DNA of 57,963 nt. It comes from Polaromonas sp. YR568 (lineage in GTDB: Bacteria > Pseudomonadota > Gammaproteobacteria > Burkholderiales > Burkholderiaceae_C). Location of the stretch: the NCBI GenBank assembly GCA_945860515.1, contig CAMARI010000001.1, positions 1 through 57,963 of the forward strand. The letters run 5' to 3'. How positions within the stretch are numbered: position 1 is the first letter of the stretch; each line of letters begins with the position of its first letter. Made by a program: the position numbers and the translations under genes. Below are positions 31,697 through 41,384 of the stretch, piece by piece. The notes beneath the pieces are model-generated. The model was given only the letters and a program-made list of their open reading frames with translations, was not told where the DNA came from and did not search any database.

Positions 31697-33220
31697 ATGA
31701 CTACACTGCGCTCTTCTTCCACCTCAGCTCTCAACGCCTCGATCAAGTCGTCAACTGTGAGGCCCACAGCGGCATCAACATCTGGCCGCCTGGAAATAGC
31801 GCAAAAGCTGCTGCTCACGCCCTTCGGTTTGACCGAGGCTCATCTGTCCAAAGCCCTTGCAGAAATCTCCTCCAAAGGCGCAGACGATGCAGACTTGTAC
31901 TTTCAGTACACCCGCAGTGAAGGCTGGAGCCTGGAAGAGGGCATTGTCAAGACCGGTTCCTTCAGCATTGATCAAGGCGTGGGCGTGCGGGCTGTCAGTG
32001 GCGAAAAAACCGCCTTTGCCTATTCCGATGACATCTCTGAAGCCTCGCTGATGGATGCTGCTCGTACCGTCCGCAGCATTTCAGGCGCTGGCAAGTCGGC
32101 CAAGATCAAAACGCCCGGCCGCAAGATCGCCAACAGCCGATCGCTCTACGAGGGCCAGGACCCCATCGCGACGCTGGGCAGCACGGCTAAAGTCAAACTG
32201 CTTGAAAAGGTTGAAAAACTCGCCAAGGCCAAAGACCCGCGCATCGTGCAGGTGATGGCAGGGCTGGCCAGTGAATACGACGTCGTGATGGTGGCGCGGG
32301 CTGACGGTACGCTGGCCGCTGATGTGCGGCCGCTGGTGCGTTTGTCCGTCACCGTGATCGCCGAGCAAAAAGGCCGGCGTGAAACCGGCTCAGCTGGTGG
32401 CGGTGGCCGCTTTGGCCTGGCCTATTTTGACGATGCACAAATCGGCCAGTATGTGGACGATGCGGTCAAAGCGGCTTTGACCAACCTGGAGGCTCGCCCC
32501 GCGCCTGCGGGTGAAATGACGGTGGTTTTAGGCTCTGGCTGGCCCGGTATTTTGCTGCACGAAGCGATTGGCCACGGGCTGGAAGGCGACTTCAACCGCA
32601 AAGGCTCTAGCGCGTTTGCTGGAAAGATTGGCCAGCGTGTGGCCGCCAAAGGCGTGACGGTGCTGGATGACGGCACGATTGCTGACCGACGCGGGTCCTT
32701 GAATGTGGACGACGAAGGCAACGCCAGCCAGCGCAATGTGCTGATTGAAGACGGTATTTTGAAGGGCTACATTCAGGACTCACTGAATGCCCGGCTGATG
32801 AAGGTCAAGCCGACAGGCAATGGCCGCCGAGAAAGCTACGCCCACACGCCCATGCCGCGCATGACCAACACCTACATGCTGGGTGGCCAGAAAGACCCGC
32901 AGGAAATCGTCGCCAGCATCAAAAAAGGTCTGTACGCCACCAACTTTGCCGGCGGCCAGGTCGACATCACATCCGGCAAGTTTGTCTTTTCAGCCAGCCA
33001 AGCGTACTGGGTTGAAAACGGCAAGATCTTGTACCCCGTCAAAGGCGCGACCATTGTGGGTAGTGGCCCAGAATGCCTGAAAAAAGTCAGCATGATTGCC
33101 AACGACATGGCGCTGGACAGCGGCGTGGGCACCTGCGGCAAAGAAGGCCAGAGCGTGCCGGTGGGCGTGGGCCAGCCGACGCTGCGGATTGATGGCTTGA
33201 CGGTCGGTGGAACGGCTTGA
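31697..33220 (+). CDS. tldD: Metalloprotease TldD
   Basis: ADLYFQYTRSEGWSLEEG, LLHEAIGHGLEGDFNRKG, CGKEGQSVPVGVGQP; start approximate. Confidence 0.96.
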   Translation: MTTLRSSSTSALNASIKSSTVRPTAASTSGRLEIAQKLLLTPFGLTEAHLSKALAEISSKGADDADLYFQYTRSEGWSLEEGIVKTGSFSIDQGVGVRAVSGEKTAFAYSDDISEASLMDAARTVRSISGAGKSAKIKTPGRKIANSRSLYEGQDPIATLGSTAKVKLLEKVEKLAKAKDPRIVQVMAGLASEYDVVMVARADGTLAADVRPLVRLSVTVIAEQKGRRETGSAGGGGRFGLAYFDDAQIGQYVDDAVKAALTNLEARPAPAGEMTVVLGSGWPGILLHEAIGHGLEGDFNRKGSSAFAGKIGQRVAAKGVTVLDDGTIADRRGSLNVDDEGNASQRNVLIEDGILKGYIQDSLNARLMKVKPTGNGRRESYAHTPMPRMTNTYMLGGQKDPQEIVASIKKGLYATNFAGGQVDITSGKFVFSASQAYWVENGKILYPVKGATIVGSGPECLKKVSMIANDMALDSGVGTCGKEGQSVPVGVGQPTLRIDGLTVGGTA

Positions 33221-33258
33221 AGTCGGCATGCGTTTTAAGCTGTGCTACATTCAGTCTT

Positions 33259-33333
33259 ATGCACAAGGCATCGTTTTATTTCGACTATTTTTGGTTCTCA
33301 AGCGCTTCTGGCGGTAGAGAGACTTTTGCGTAA
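33259..33333 (+). CDS. Aromatic-rich leader peptide MHKASFYFDYFWFSSASGGRETFA (attenuator uORF)
   Basis: 7 aromatic codons within the 8-codon stretch FYFDYFWF, directly upstream of a terminator and DAHP synthase. Confidence 0.8.
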   Translation: MHKASFYFDYFWFSSASGGRETFA

Positions 33334-33358
33334 CTCCAAATAAACGTACGAATCTTTC

Positions 33359-33390
33359 AAAAACCGCCGGACACCCGGCGGTTTTTTTTT
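33359..33390 (+). terminator. Intrinsic terminator (attenuator) in the DAHP synthase leader
   Basis: AAAAACCGCCGG-ACAC-CCGGCGG-T9; the 5' arm can alternatively pair with CTGGCGGT (33308-33315). Confidence 0.9.
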
Positions 33391-33441
33391 GCTTTCTTGT
33401 CTGGTTTGAATTCAAGTTTTTAGTTTTTTATAAGGAAACCC

Positions 33442-34554
33442 GTGATGACCGCCTCAACGCCCACCTGGTATGCGCCTGTTGACAAAACCAGCCAGACCGA
33501 CGACGAACGCATCCAGGACATCACCGTGTTACCACCGCCCGAGCATCTGATCCGCTTTTTCCCCATCCAGGGCACGCCGGTTGAAACGCTGATCACCCAA
33601 ACCCGCAAAAGTATCCACAAGATCATGACCGGCAGCGACGACCGGCTGATGGTGGTGATTGGCCCGTGCTCAATACACGACCCGGCTGCCGGATTGGAGT
33701 ACGCACGCCGCCTGGTCGAGCAGCGCAAAAAGTATGCGGGCACCTTGGAGATCGTGATGCGGGTTTACTTTGAAAAGCCACGCACCACGGTCGGCTGGAA
33801 GGGTTTGATCAACGATCCTTACCTGGACGAAACCTACCGCATCGACGAGGGCCTGCGCATGGCGCGCCAGTTGTTGATCGACATCAACCGAATGGGTCTG
33901 CCCGCTGGCAGCGAGTTTTTGGACGTGATCTCGCCGCAATACATTGGCGACTTGATCTCTTGGGGCGCGATTGGCGCACGCACCACTGAAAGCCAGGTAC
34001 ACCGCGAGCTCGCGTCTGGCCTGTCCGCACCGATTGGCTTTAAGAACGGCACCGACGGCAACATCCGCATAGCCACCGACGCGATTCAGTCGGCATCGCG
34101 CGGCCACCACTTTTTATCCGTTCATAAAAACGGCCAGGTGGCGGTGGTGCAAACCAAGGGCAACCTTGACTGCCACGTGATTTTGCGCGGCGGTAAAACG
34201 CCCAATTACGACGCAGTCAGCGTCACCGCCGCCTGCACAGAACTGGCAGCCGCCAAATTGTCCGCCAACCTGATGGTTGACTGCAGCCATGCCAACTCCT
34301 CCAAGCAGCACGAAAAGCAACTCGACGTGGCCCGGGACATCGCAGGGCAGGTCAGCGGCGGTTCAAAACAGGTGTTCGGCCTGATGGTTGAAAGCCATCT
34401 GAAGGCGGGCGCGCAAAAATTCACGCCTGGCAAAGACGACGCCGCGTCGCTCGAATATGGCAAAAGCATCACCGATGCCTGCCTGTCATGGGATGATTCG
34501 TTGGAGGTGCTGGAGGTATTGTCAAAGGCTGTCAAAGCGCGGCGCGAACACTGA
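33442..34554 (+). CDS. aroG: Class I (AroFGH-type) DAHP synthase
   Basis: DDERI, IGPCSIHD, RVYFEKPRTTVGWKG, GAIGARTTESQ, VDCSHANS, SITDAC. Effector specificity cannot be determined; start GTG 33442 or ATG 33445. Confidence 0.95.
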   Translation: MMTASTPTWYAPVDKTSQTDDERIQDITVLPPPEHLIRFFPIQGTPVETLITQTRKSIHKIMTGSDDRLMVVIGPCSIHDPAAGLEYARRLVEQRKKYAGTLEIVMRVYFEKPRTTVGWKGLINDPYLDETYRIDEGLRMARQLLIDINRMGLPAGSEFLDVISPQYIGDLISWGAIGARTTESQVHRELASGLSAPIGFKNGTDGNIRIATDAIQSASRGHHFLSVHKNGQVAVVQTKGNLDCHVILRGGKTPNYDAVSVTAACTELAAAKLSANLMVDCSHANSSKQHEKQLDVARDIAGQVSGGSKQVFGLMVESHLKAGAQKFTPGKDDAASLEYGKSITDACLSWDDSLEVLEVLSKAVKARREH

Positions 34555-34562
34555 ACGATTTT

Positions 34563-34629
34563 CGCCCAGACTATTGCATGGGCTGCGGGCCATTGCAAAA
34601 TAATGGCCAAACGCTCCTAAATTAGTAGT
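34563..34629. repeat. Family-B half elements between convergent aroG and mpl
   Basis: CGCCCA-N10-TGGGC-TGCGGGCC (right half, +) and GCTCCTAAATTAGTAGT (left half, -). Confidence 0.45.
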
Positions 34630-34650
34630 AGTAGCTAGGTTGACTGCAAA

Positions 34651-36156
34651 CTAGGCTAACGCTGCCAGCAGCTTGCCATGCACGCCGCCAAAGCCGCCGT
34701 TGCTCATACACAGCACATGGTCGCCGGGCCTGGCTGCTGTTTTGACTTGTTTGACCAATTGCTCAATGTTGTCAGCCACTTGGGCCCGGTCCACCATCGG
34801 GGCCAGAGCCTCCCGTGCGTCCCAGTCCAGACCGCCCGCGTGGCAAAAGGCGATGTCGGTGGCTTCCAGGCTCCACGGCAGTTGGGCCGTCATCGTGCCG
34901 AGCTTCATGGTGTTGCTGCGCGGCTCAAACACCGCGAGGATTCGGTCGCCCACTTTGCCCGCGGCGTTCAGCTGGCGGCGCAGGCCATCTATCGTGGTGT
35001 GGATGGCCGTCGGGTGATGGGCAAAGTCGTCATAGATGGTGATGCTGCCGCCGTCCTTGCTGACCCTGCCAATCACCTCCATCCGGCGCTTGACGTTTTG
35101 AAAGCTGGCCAGTGCGTCCGCTGCAGTTTGCGGGTTAACCCCTACATGCTCGGCAGCGGCAATCGCGGCCAGCGCATTGAGCTGGTTGTGTACGCCGCTG
35201 ACCGCCCATTGAACGCGCGCTACAAGCTTGCCTGCTTTTAGCACGGTGAAGTCGCCTGGCTCGCCGTCGTTGGTGAAACCCGCTTGATTGGCCCAGGCTT
35301 TGCCAAAGAGTACCTGCTCACTCCAGCAGCCTTGGGCCAGGACGCGTGCCAAGCTTTCTTCGGTCGCATTGACCACGACGCGGCCAGATGACGGCACCGT
35401 TCGCACCAGGTGGTGAAACTGCCGCTCAATCGCGGCCAGGTTGTCAAAAATATCGGCGTGGTCGAATTCGAGGTTATTCAAAATCGCGGTGCGCGGGCGG
35501 TAGTGCACAAACTTGCTGCGCTTGTCGAAAAACGCGGTGTCGTACTCGTCTGCCTCAATCACGAAGGTTGCCCCCACGCTTTCCCACTGCGTGTGGACGC
35601 TGCCCCCCGAGGGGGCCGCTGCGCCTGCGGGCTGGCTAAGCCAGACCCGCGGCCCATGCTTGGAAAGAGGGGTGGAGGTACTTCCCAGCCTGGCTGAAAC
35701 ACCAAAATTCAGCGGCACCCCCCCCACCAGAAAGCCCGGCTGCAGCCCTGCGCATTCCAGGATCCAGGTCAGCATCGCTGTCGTCGTGGTTTTGCCATGC
35801 GTGCCTGCCACCGCCAGCACATGACGACCTTGCAGAACATGTTCTGCAAGCCACTGCGGGCCGCTGGTGTAGGGCAGGCCAGCATTGAGGATGGCCTCCA
35901 TCAATGGATATTTCGGTGCGCCATCCGCCAGATGCGCCCGCGACACCACATTGCCCACCACAAACACATCCGGGTTAAAGGCCAACTGGTCGGCACCGTA
36001 GCCCTCTACCAGATCAATCCCCAAAGCGCGTAACTGGTCACTCATGGGCGGATATACGCCGGTGTCGCAACCCGTCACCTTGTGCCCTGCCTCAACCGCC
36101 AGAGCAGCCAGGCCGCCCATGAAGGTGCCGCAAATTCCGAGTATATGTATGTGCAT
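34651..36156 (-). CDS. mpl: Murein tripeptide ligase Mpl, with a repeat-derived insertion of about 35 aa
   Basis: [64 protein letters not shown]. Confidence 0.97.
   Translation of the reverse strand: MHIHILGICGTFMGGLAALAVEAGHKVTGCDTGVYPPMSDQLRALGIDLVEGYGADQLAFNPDVFVVGNVVSRAHLADGAPKYPLMEAILNAGLPYTSGPQWLAEHVLQGRHVLAVAGTHGKTTTTAMLTWILECAGLQPGFLVGGVPLNFGVSARLGSTSTPLSKHGPRVWLSQPAGAAAPSGGSVHTQWESVGATFVIEADEYDTAFFDKRSKFVHYRPRTAILNNLEFDHADIFDNLAAIERQFHHLVRTVPSSGRVVVNATEESLARVLAQGCWSEQVLFGKAWANQAGFTNDGEPGDFTVLKAGKLVARVQWAVSGVHNQLNALAAIAAAEHVGVNPQTAADALASFQNVKRRMEVIGRVSKDGGSITIYDDFAHHPTAIHTTIDGLRRQLNAAGKVGDRILAVFEPRSNTMKLGTMTAQLPWSLEATDIAFCHAGGLDWDAREALAPMVDRAQVADNIEQLVKQVKTAARPGDHVLCMSNGGFGGVHGKLLAALA
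35568..35662 (+). repeat. Family-A palindromic repeat inserted in-frame in mpl
   Basis: About 90% identical to intergenic 23738-23833; encodes KHGPRVWLSQPAGAAAPSGGSVHTQWESVGA on the minus strand. Confidence 0.92.
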
Positions 36157-36233
36157 CCGCTTATTTTAGAAGTCAATAGGCGGATTTGGCCGCTCACCTA
36201 AACTGTAGGTTTCGCTTTTTCACAGCCTTGACA

Positions 36234-36830
36234 ATGACCACTCTCAAATCCGAAATAGCCGCCGCCGCCGCCGCCTTGGTGGTTGAAGAGGGTCTTGAAT
36301 ATGGTCCGGCCAAGCGGCGGGCCGTCAAACAGATGGGACTGCCGGCCCGTGCCGAGCTGCCCGACAACTCGGAGCTTGAAGATGCGGTGATGGAATACAT
36401 CGCCGTGTTTTGTGCGGACACCCAACCGACGGAACTGGCGGCACTGCGGGAACTGGCGTTGGTGTGGATGCAGCGCATGGCGGATTTCAGGCCGCATTTG
36501 GCGGGGGCGGTGTGGCATGGCACGGCAACCCGGCTGTCGGACATTTATATCCAGCTCTTTTGTGACGATCCGAAATCGGCTGAAATTGCGCTGATTGAGC
36601 ACAACGTCGACTACGAGCCGCGCACCGTCACAGGCTTTACCGGTGGCAAAGTCGAAGCGCTCAGCTTGAGCAGCCTATGCAAGTCGCTGGCTGAAAACAT
36701 CGGCGTGCATTTCATGGTGTACGACCATGACGACCTGCGGGGCGCGCTCAGACCCGACGACAAGGGGCGTAGACCTCGTGGGGATCTGGCGGCCGTCCAA
36801 AAGCTGGTCATCGAAAGCGGTAAAGTCTGA
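36234..36830 (+). CDS. Conserved hypothetical protein, nucleotidyltransferase-like fold
   Basis: EIAAAAAALVVEEGLEYGPAKRRA N-terminus; PHLAGAVWHGTATRLSDIYIQLF resembles a degenerate pol-beta NTase motif. Confidence 0.7.
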   Translation: MTTLKSEIAAAAAALVVEEGLEYGPAKRRAVKQMGLPARAELPDNSELEDAVMEYIAVFCADTQPTELAALRELALVWMQRMADFRPHLAGAVWHGTATRLSDIYIQLFCDDPKSAEIALIEHNVDYEPRTVTGFTGGKVEALSLSSLCKSLAENIGVHFMVYDHDDLRGALRPDDKGRRPRGDLAAVQKLVIESGKV

Positions 36831-36833
36831 CCC

Positions 36834-37367
36834 ATGGACAAAAGAAACTTACTCTATGTAGGCGCTGCCGCCGCTGCTGGGCTGGCTGGCGTGGGCGCGG
36901 CCTGGCTCAAGCATGAGCCCCAAAAGCTGACCACCGCGCAAACGAATACCGCACAAGACGCGCTGTGGGCGATGAGCTTTGACACACCCGACGGCCAGCC
37001 GCAGCCGATGAACAGCTTTCGCGGCAAGCCGCTGCTGCTGAACTTCTGGGCCACCTGGTGCCCGCCGTGTGTGGAAGAGCTGCCTTTGCTGGATACCTTT
37101 TACCAGGAACAAAAAGCAAAAGGCTGGCAGGTGCTTGGCCTGGCCGTTGACCAGCCGAGTGCGGTACGCAAGTGGCTGCAGGCCAAGCCACTTAGTTTTC
37201 CGGTCGGGATGGCGGGTTTGGGTGGTACTGAATTGAGCAAATCACTGGGCAATCTGGCGGGCAGCTTGCCGTTTACAGCGGTATTTGGCGGATCTGGTGC
37301 TTTGCTGCACCGTAAAACCGGCAAAGTTTCCAGCGAAGATCTGGCGCAATGGATTAAGTTGAAATGA
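36834..37367 (+). CDS. TlpA-family thioredoxin-like disulfide reductase
   Basis: LLNFWATWCPPCVEELP; N-terminal anchor/signal. Confidence 0.93.
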   Translation: MDKRNLLYVGAAAAAGLAGVGAAWLKHEPQKLTTAQTNTAQDALWAMSFDTPDGQPQPMNSFRGKPLLLNFWATWCPPCVEELPLLDTFYQEQKAKGWQVLGLAVDQPSAVRKWLQAKPLSFPVGMAGLGGTELSKSLGNLAGSLPFTAVFGGSGALLHRKTGKVSSEDLAQWIKLK

Positions 37368-37648
37368 AATTCGACAAATTTCATTAAAAATTGTTTAAAT
37401 ACGACCAACAGACGCTATTTGTTATTAATTTTAAAATAAAAACTTTTTACAACGCCAGACGTCATTTGGGTATCAAACCATTTCGGCTTGGAGTACACTC
37501 TGCGCTTTCTTTGCTGTGGTGCATGCCGACTGCCAGCTTGAAGTTTCTTTTAAATACTTTAAAGCCTGGAAGAACTGAGTAAGCGTAGGAAGAGAGAAGA
37601 TCGGCCTGGTTGCCGACACTTTTGTAACTGCCGTTGTTGGAGAAAAAC

Positions 37649-38098
37649 ATGGATTTAAGAAAACTTAAAACGCTGATTGATCTGGTATCGGACTCGAACG
37701 TGTCTGAGCTAGAAATCACGGAAGCCGAGGGCAAGGTTCGCATCGTCAAATCTAGCGCTGCGCCACTGGTGATGCAGCAACCTGCTGTCACCATGGCAGC
37801 AGCGCCTGCAGCGACTCCAGCTGCTGTGGCGCCCGCGGTTGAAGCTGCACCTGCCGTCCAAGCAAGTCATGCTGTTAAGTCGCCCATGGTCGGGACGTTC
37901 TACCGTTCGGCCAGTCCCGGTGCCAAGCCCTTTGTTGAAGTCGGTGACGCGGTCAAGGAAGGCCAAACTATCTGCATCATTGAAGCGATGAAAATCCTCA
38001 ATGAAATCGAGGCTGACAAGTCCGGCACGGTCAGAAAAATCATGTGCGAAAACGGCCAAGCGGTGGAATACGGACAGCCGTTGTTCCTGATCGACTGA
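37649..38098 (+). CDS. accB: Biotin carboxyl carrier protein
   Basis: [22 protein letters not shown] biotinylation motif. Confidence 0.98.
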   Translation: MDLRKLKTLIDLVSDSNVSELEITEAEGKVRIVKSSAAPLVMQQPAVTMAAAPAATPAAVAPAVEAAPAVQASHAVKSPMVGTFYRSASPGAKPFVEVGDAVKEGQTICIIEAMKILNEIEADKSGTVRKIMCENGQAVEYGQPLFLID

Positions 38099-38118
38099 GC
38101 GGCAAATCGGATTTGGGC

Positions 38119-39468
38119 ATGTTTAAAAAGATCCTCATTGCAAACCGCGGTGAAATAGCCCTGCGTATCCAGCGTGCCTGCCGGGAGTTGGGCGTCAAGG
38201 CGGTGATGGTTTATTCTGAAGCCGACCGAGACGCCAAATACATCAAGCTGGCCGATGAATCGGTTTGCATCGGCCCGGCACCCTCCAAAGACAGCTACTT
38301 GAACATGCCGGCCATTATTTCGGCGGCCGAAGTCACGGATGCCGAGGCGATTCATCCGGGTTATGGTTTTTTGAGTGAAAACGCTGACTTTGCCGAGCGG
38401 GTTGAAAAAAGCGGCTTTAAATTTATTGGCCCCACGCCAGAGTCCATTCGCATCATGGGCGACAAGGTGTCGGCCAAGCAGACCATGATCAAGGCTGGCG
38501 TTCCGTGCGTGCCCGGCTCTGAAGGTGCCCTGCCCGACGACGCTGCCACCATCAAACGTATCGCCAAGCAGGTTGGTTACCCGGTCATTATCAAAGCCGC
38601 TGGCGGCGGCGGTGGGCGCGGCATGCGCGTGGTGCATACCGAGGCGGCCTTGCTGCACGCCGTACAAACGACCAAGACCGAAGCGGGCGCTGCATTTGGA
38701 AACCCCGAGTTGTACATGGAGAAGTTTCTCCAGAATCCCCGGCATATTGAAATTCAGATCATGGCTGACCAGCACCGTAATGCGGTCTGGCTGGGCGAGC
38801 GCGATTGCTCCATGCAGCGCCGGCACCAAAAAGTCATTGAAGAAGCGCCAGCACCGGGAATCCCGCGCAAGCTGATCGAACGAATTGGCGAGCGCTGTGT
38901 GGCGGCAGTCAAGAAAATGGGCTACCGCGGTGCAGGCACGTTTGAATTTTTGTTCGAAAACGGAGAGTTTTACTTCATTGAAATGAACACCCGCGTGCAG
39001 GTGGAGCACCCGGTGACCGAATGGGTCACGGGTGTGGATGTGGTGCGCACGCAAATCATGGTGGCGGCGGGTGAAAAGTTGCCGTTTGTGCAGCGCGACA
39101 TTCAGATCAAGGGCCATTCGATTGAATGCCGTATCAACGCCGAAGACCCCTACAAATTCACGCCGTCACCCGGGCGCATCACGACCTGGCACACCCCTGG
39201 CGGGCCTGGTGTGCGAGTCGATTCGCACATTTACGCTAACTATTTTGTACCGCCGAACTACGACTCGATGATTGGCAAAATCATCGTGCACGGCGACACG
39301 CGCGAGCAAGCCCTGGCGCGTATGCGCACCGCGCTGGCTGAGACGGTCGTCGAAGGCATCAACACCAACATTGCGCTGCACCGCGAACTCATGGTGGACG
39401 CCAAGTTTATGGATGGCGGAACCAATATTCATTACCTTGAAGAGTGGTTGAGCAAGAGAATCCGTTAG
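38119..39468 (+). CDS. accC: Biotin carboxylase
   Basis: [49 protein letters not shown]. Confidence 0.98.
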   Translation: MFKKILIANRGEIALRIQRACRELGVKAVMVYSEADRDAKYIKLADESVCIGPAPSKDSYLNMPAIISAAEVTDAEAIHPGYGFLSENADFAERVEKSGFKFIGPTPESIRIMGDKVSAKQTMIKAGVPCVPGSEGALPDDAATIKRIAKQVGYPVIIKAAGGGGGRGMRVVHTEAALLHAVQTTKTEAGAAFGNPELYMEKFLQNPRHIEIQIMADQHRNAVWLGERDCSMQRRHQKVIEEAPAPGIPRKLIERIGERCVAAVKKMGYRGAGTFEFLFENGEFYFIEMNTRVQVEHPVTEWVTGVDVVRTQIMVAAGEKLPFVQRDIQIKGHSIECRINAEDPYKFTPSPGRITTWHTPGGPGVRVDSHIYANYFVPPNYDSMIGKIIVHGDTREQALARMRTALAETVVEGINTNIALHRELMVDAKFMDGGTNIHYLEEWLSKRIR

Positions 39469-39470
39469 TG

Positions 39471-40352
39471 ATGTTTGAACTCGTTTTGTTGGTTCCTGAA
39501 AGCGGTGTTGAGGCTGTCAGTGATGCGCTCGATGCGCTGGACGCGCTCAGCGTCTCGGTTGAAGATGCCGACGCACAAACCGATCATGAGCAGGCCCTGT
39601 TTGGCGAACCCGACATGCCGCAGCCCAAAGCCGGCTGGAACCGTTCACGCGTGGTGTCTTTGTTCAGCACTGAGGCTTTGGCCAGTGATGCGGCAGAACT
39701 GCTCAAAGTACAGGATTTCTTTGCCGATTGCGCCGTTGTTGCGATTCAAAACGTACCCGAACAAGATTGGGTGCGGCTGACGCAATCGCAGTTTGCACCG
39801 GTTGAAATCACGCCGGACTTCTGGATTGTGCCGACCTGGCATGAGCCGCCTGCTCAGGCCCTTCATGTGATTCGGTTGGACCCAGGTTTGGCTTTTGGTA
39901 CAGGCACGCATCCAACCACCCGGATGTGTCTGAGATGGACCGCTCATCAAAAGGCGCCTCTGGGTCGTGTGTTGGACTACGGTTGCGGTTCAGGCATTTT
40001 GGCCATTGGTGCCGCGAAGTTTGGTGCGGCAGACATCGATGCCGTTGACATTGACGAAGCCGCGGTGCAGTCCACCCGCGCCAATGCAGACGCCAACCAG
40101 GCGCAGCTTAGAGCTGGCTTGCCCGACAAGGCAAGTGGCCACTACCAGACAGTGCTGGCTAATATTCTGGCGACGCCCTTGAAGGTGCTGGCACCTCTGC
40201 TGTGCGGCCACGTTGCCAAGGATGGCAGCCTGGTTTTGGCTGGTATTTTGGCGCGCCAGGCTGACGAGCTGAAAGCGGCTTACGCACCGTGGTGTGCGCT
40301 GGAGGTGACCGATACCGAAGATGGCTGGATACTGATGACAGCCCGCTTTTGA
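39471..40352 (+). CDS. prmA: Ribosomal protein L11 methyltransferase
   Basis: LDPGLAFGTGTHPTT, LDYGCGSGIL, ANILA. Confidence 0.97.
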   Translation: MFELVLLVPESGVEAVSDALDALDALSVSVEDADAQTDHEQALFGEPDMPQPKAGWNRSRVVSLFSTEALASDAAELLKVQDFFADCAVVAIQNVPEQDWVRLTQSQFAPVEITPDFWIVPTWHEPPAQALHVIRLDPGLAFGTGTHPTTRMCLRWTAHQKAPLGRVLDYGCGSGILAIGAAKFGAADIDAVDIDEAAVQSTRANADANQAQLRAGLPDKASGHYQTVLANILATPLKVLAPLLCGHVAKDGSLVLAGILARQADELKAAYAPWCALEVTDTEDGWILMTARF

Positions 40353-40407
40353 ATCGCGCTTGAGCCCCGGTTCGGCCCTTCAGCGTCGACCTACAATAAG
40401 GCGCTAG

Positions 40408-41358
40408 ATGAGCCTCATTACGCGCTGCCCCGCTTGCGGCACGATGTTCAACGTCGTGACCGACCAACTCAAAGTCTCTCAGGGCTGGGTGCGATGTGGC
40501 CAGTGTGCGGATGTGTTTGATGCCAAGATCCATTTGCAAGCTGAAAATACGCCGTCACCCTCTCAATTGCTACCCATCAGCACCGACGAACCTTGGCCTT
40601 CTGCCATGGCTTCAACGGGTAGTGGTTATGTGTCTTATGCTGAAGAGGTTACGGCGGCTTTAAATACACCGGATGAAAATGCCGCGCTTGCTGCTGTGGA
40701 TGCGCCTTCACCCGTGCTCACCCCAGCGTCTGAGGGATCAGAGCCAGTCTTTGTGGATACGCTGGACACTTTTTCCAGCGACATACCGAGCGATGTGTCA
40801 AACGATGTTTCGTTCGTGCGCGACGCACGCCGCCAAGCTTTCTGGCGAAAACCTCTGATACGTCTGGTCTTGGGCTTGTCAGCTTTGTTGCTGTTGGGCT
40901 TGCTGGCGCTGCAGGCGGCTGTGATGCAGGGCGACAGTCTGGCCGCTTATGAGCCGCGCCTGAAACCAGCTCTGCAAATGCTTTGCGAACGATTGGCCTG
41001 TCAAGTGGGTCCGGTGCGGCAGATTGAAGCCATTGTGATTGACAGCTCGTCGTTCAAAAAAATCAATGACGCAGGCATTTACCGACTGACTTTCACCGTC
41101 AAAAATACCAAGTCTGCGACCGTTTCGATGCCCTCACTCGAAGTCACGCTTACCGATACCCAGGAGCAGCCAGTATTACGGCGCGTGCTGTCTCCTGCAC
41201 AATTTAGCGCGGCCAGCAGCGTGCTTGCTGGCAGTGCCGGGTTTTCTGCTGATCTCAGCTTGGAAGTGGCGGTAAACCCATCGCCTTCTAACGATGCAAC
41301 GCCGACTGGCTCGTCGCTGCGTGTTGCAGGCTATCGCCTTCTGGCTTTTTATCCTTGA
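40408..41358 (+). CDS. Zinc-ribbon and DUF3426 domain membrane protein
   Basis: TRCPACGTMF...GWVRCGQC zinc ribbon, TM, C-terminal GYRLLAFYP; usual neighbour of prmA. Confidence 0.88.
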   Translation: MSLITRCPACGTMFNVVTDQLKVSQGWVRCGQCADVFDAKIHLQAENTPSPSQLLPISTDEPWPSAMASTGSGYVSYAEEVTAALNTPDENAALAAVDAPSPVLTPASEGSEPVFVDTLDTFSSDIPSDVSNDVSFVRDARRQAFWRKPLIRLVLGLSALLLLGLLALQAAVMQGDSLAAYEPRLKPALQMLCERLACQVGPVRQIEAIVIDSSSFKKINDAGIYRLTFTVKNTKSATVSMPSLEVTLTDTQEQPVLRRVLSPAQFSAASSVLAGSAGFSADLSLEVAVNPSPSNDATPTGSSLRVAGYRLLAFYP

Positions 41359-41384
41359 TCTTTAAACCTTGAAACATTAAAAGT

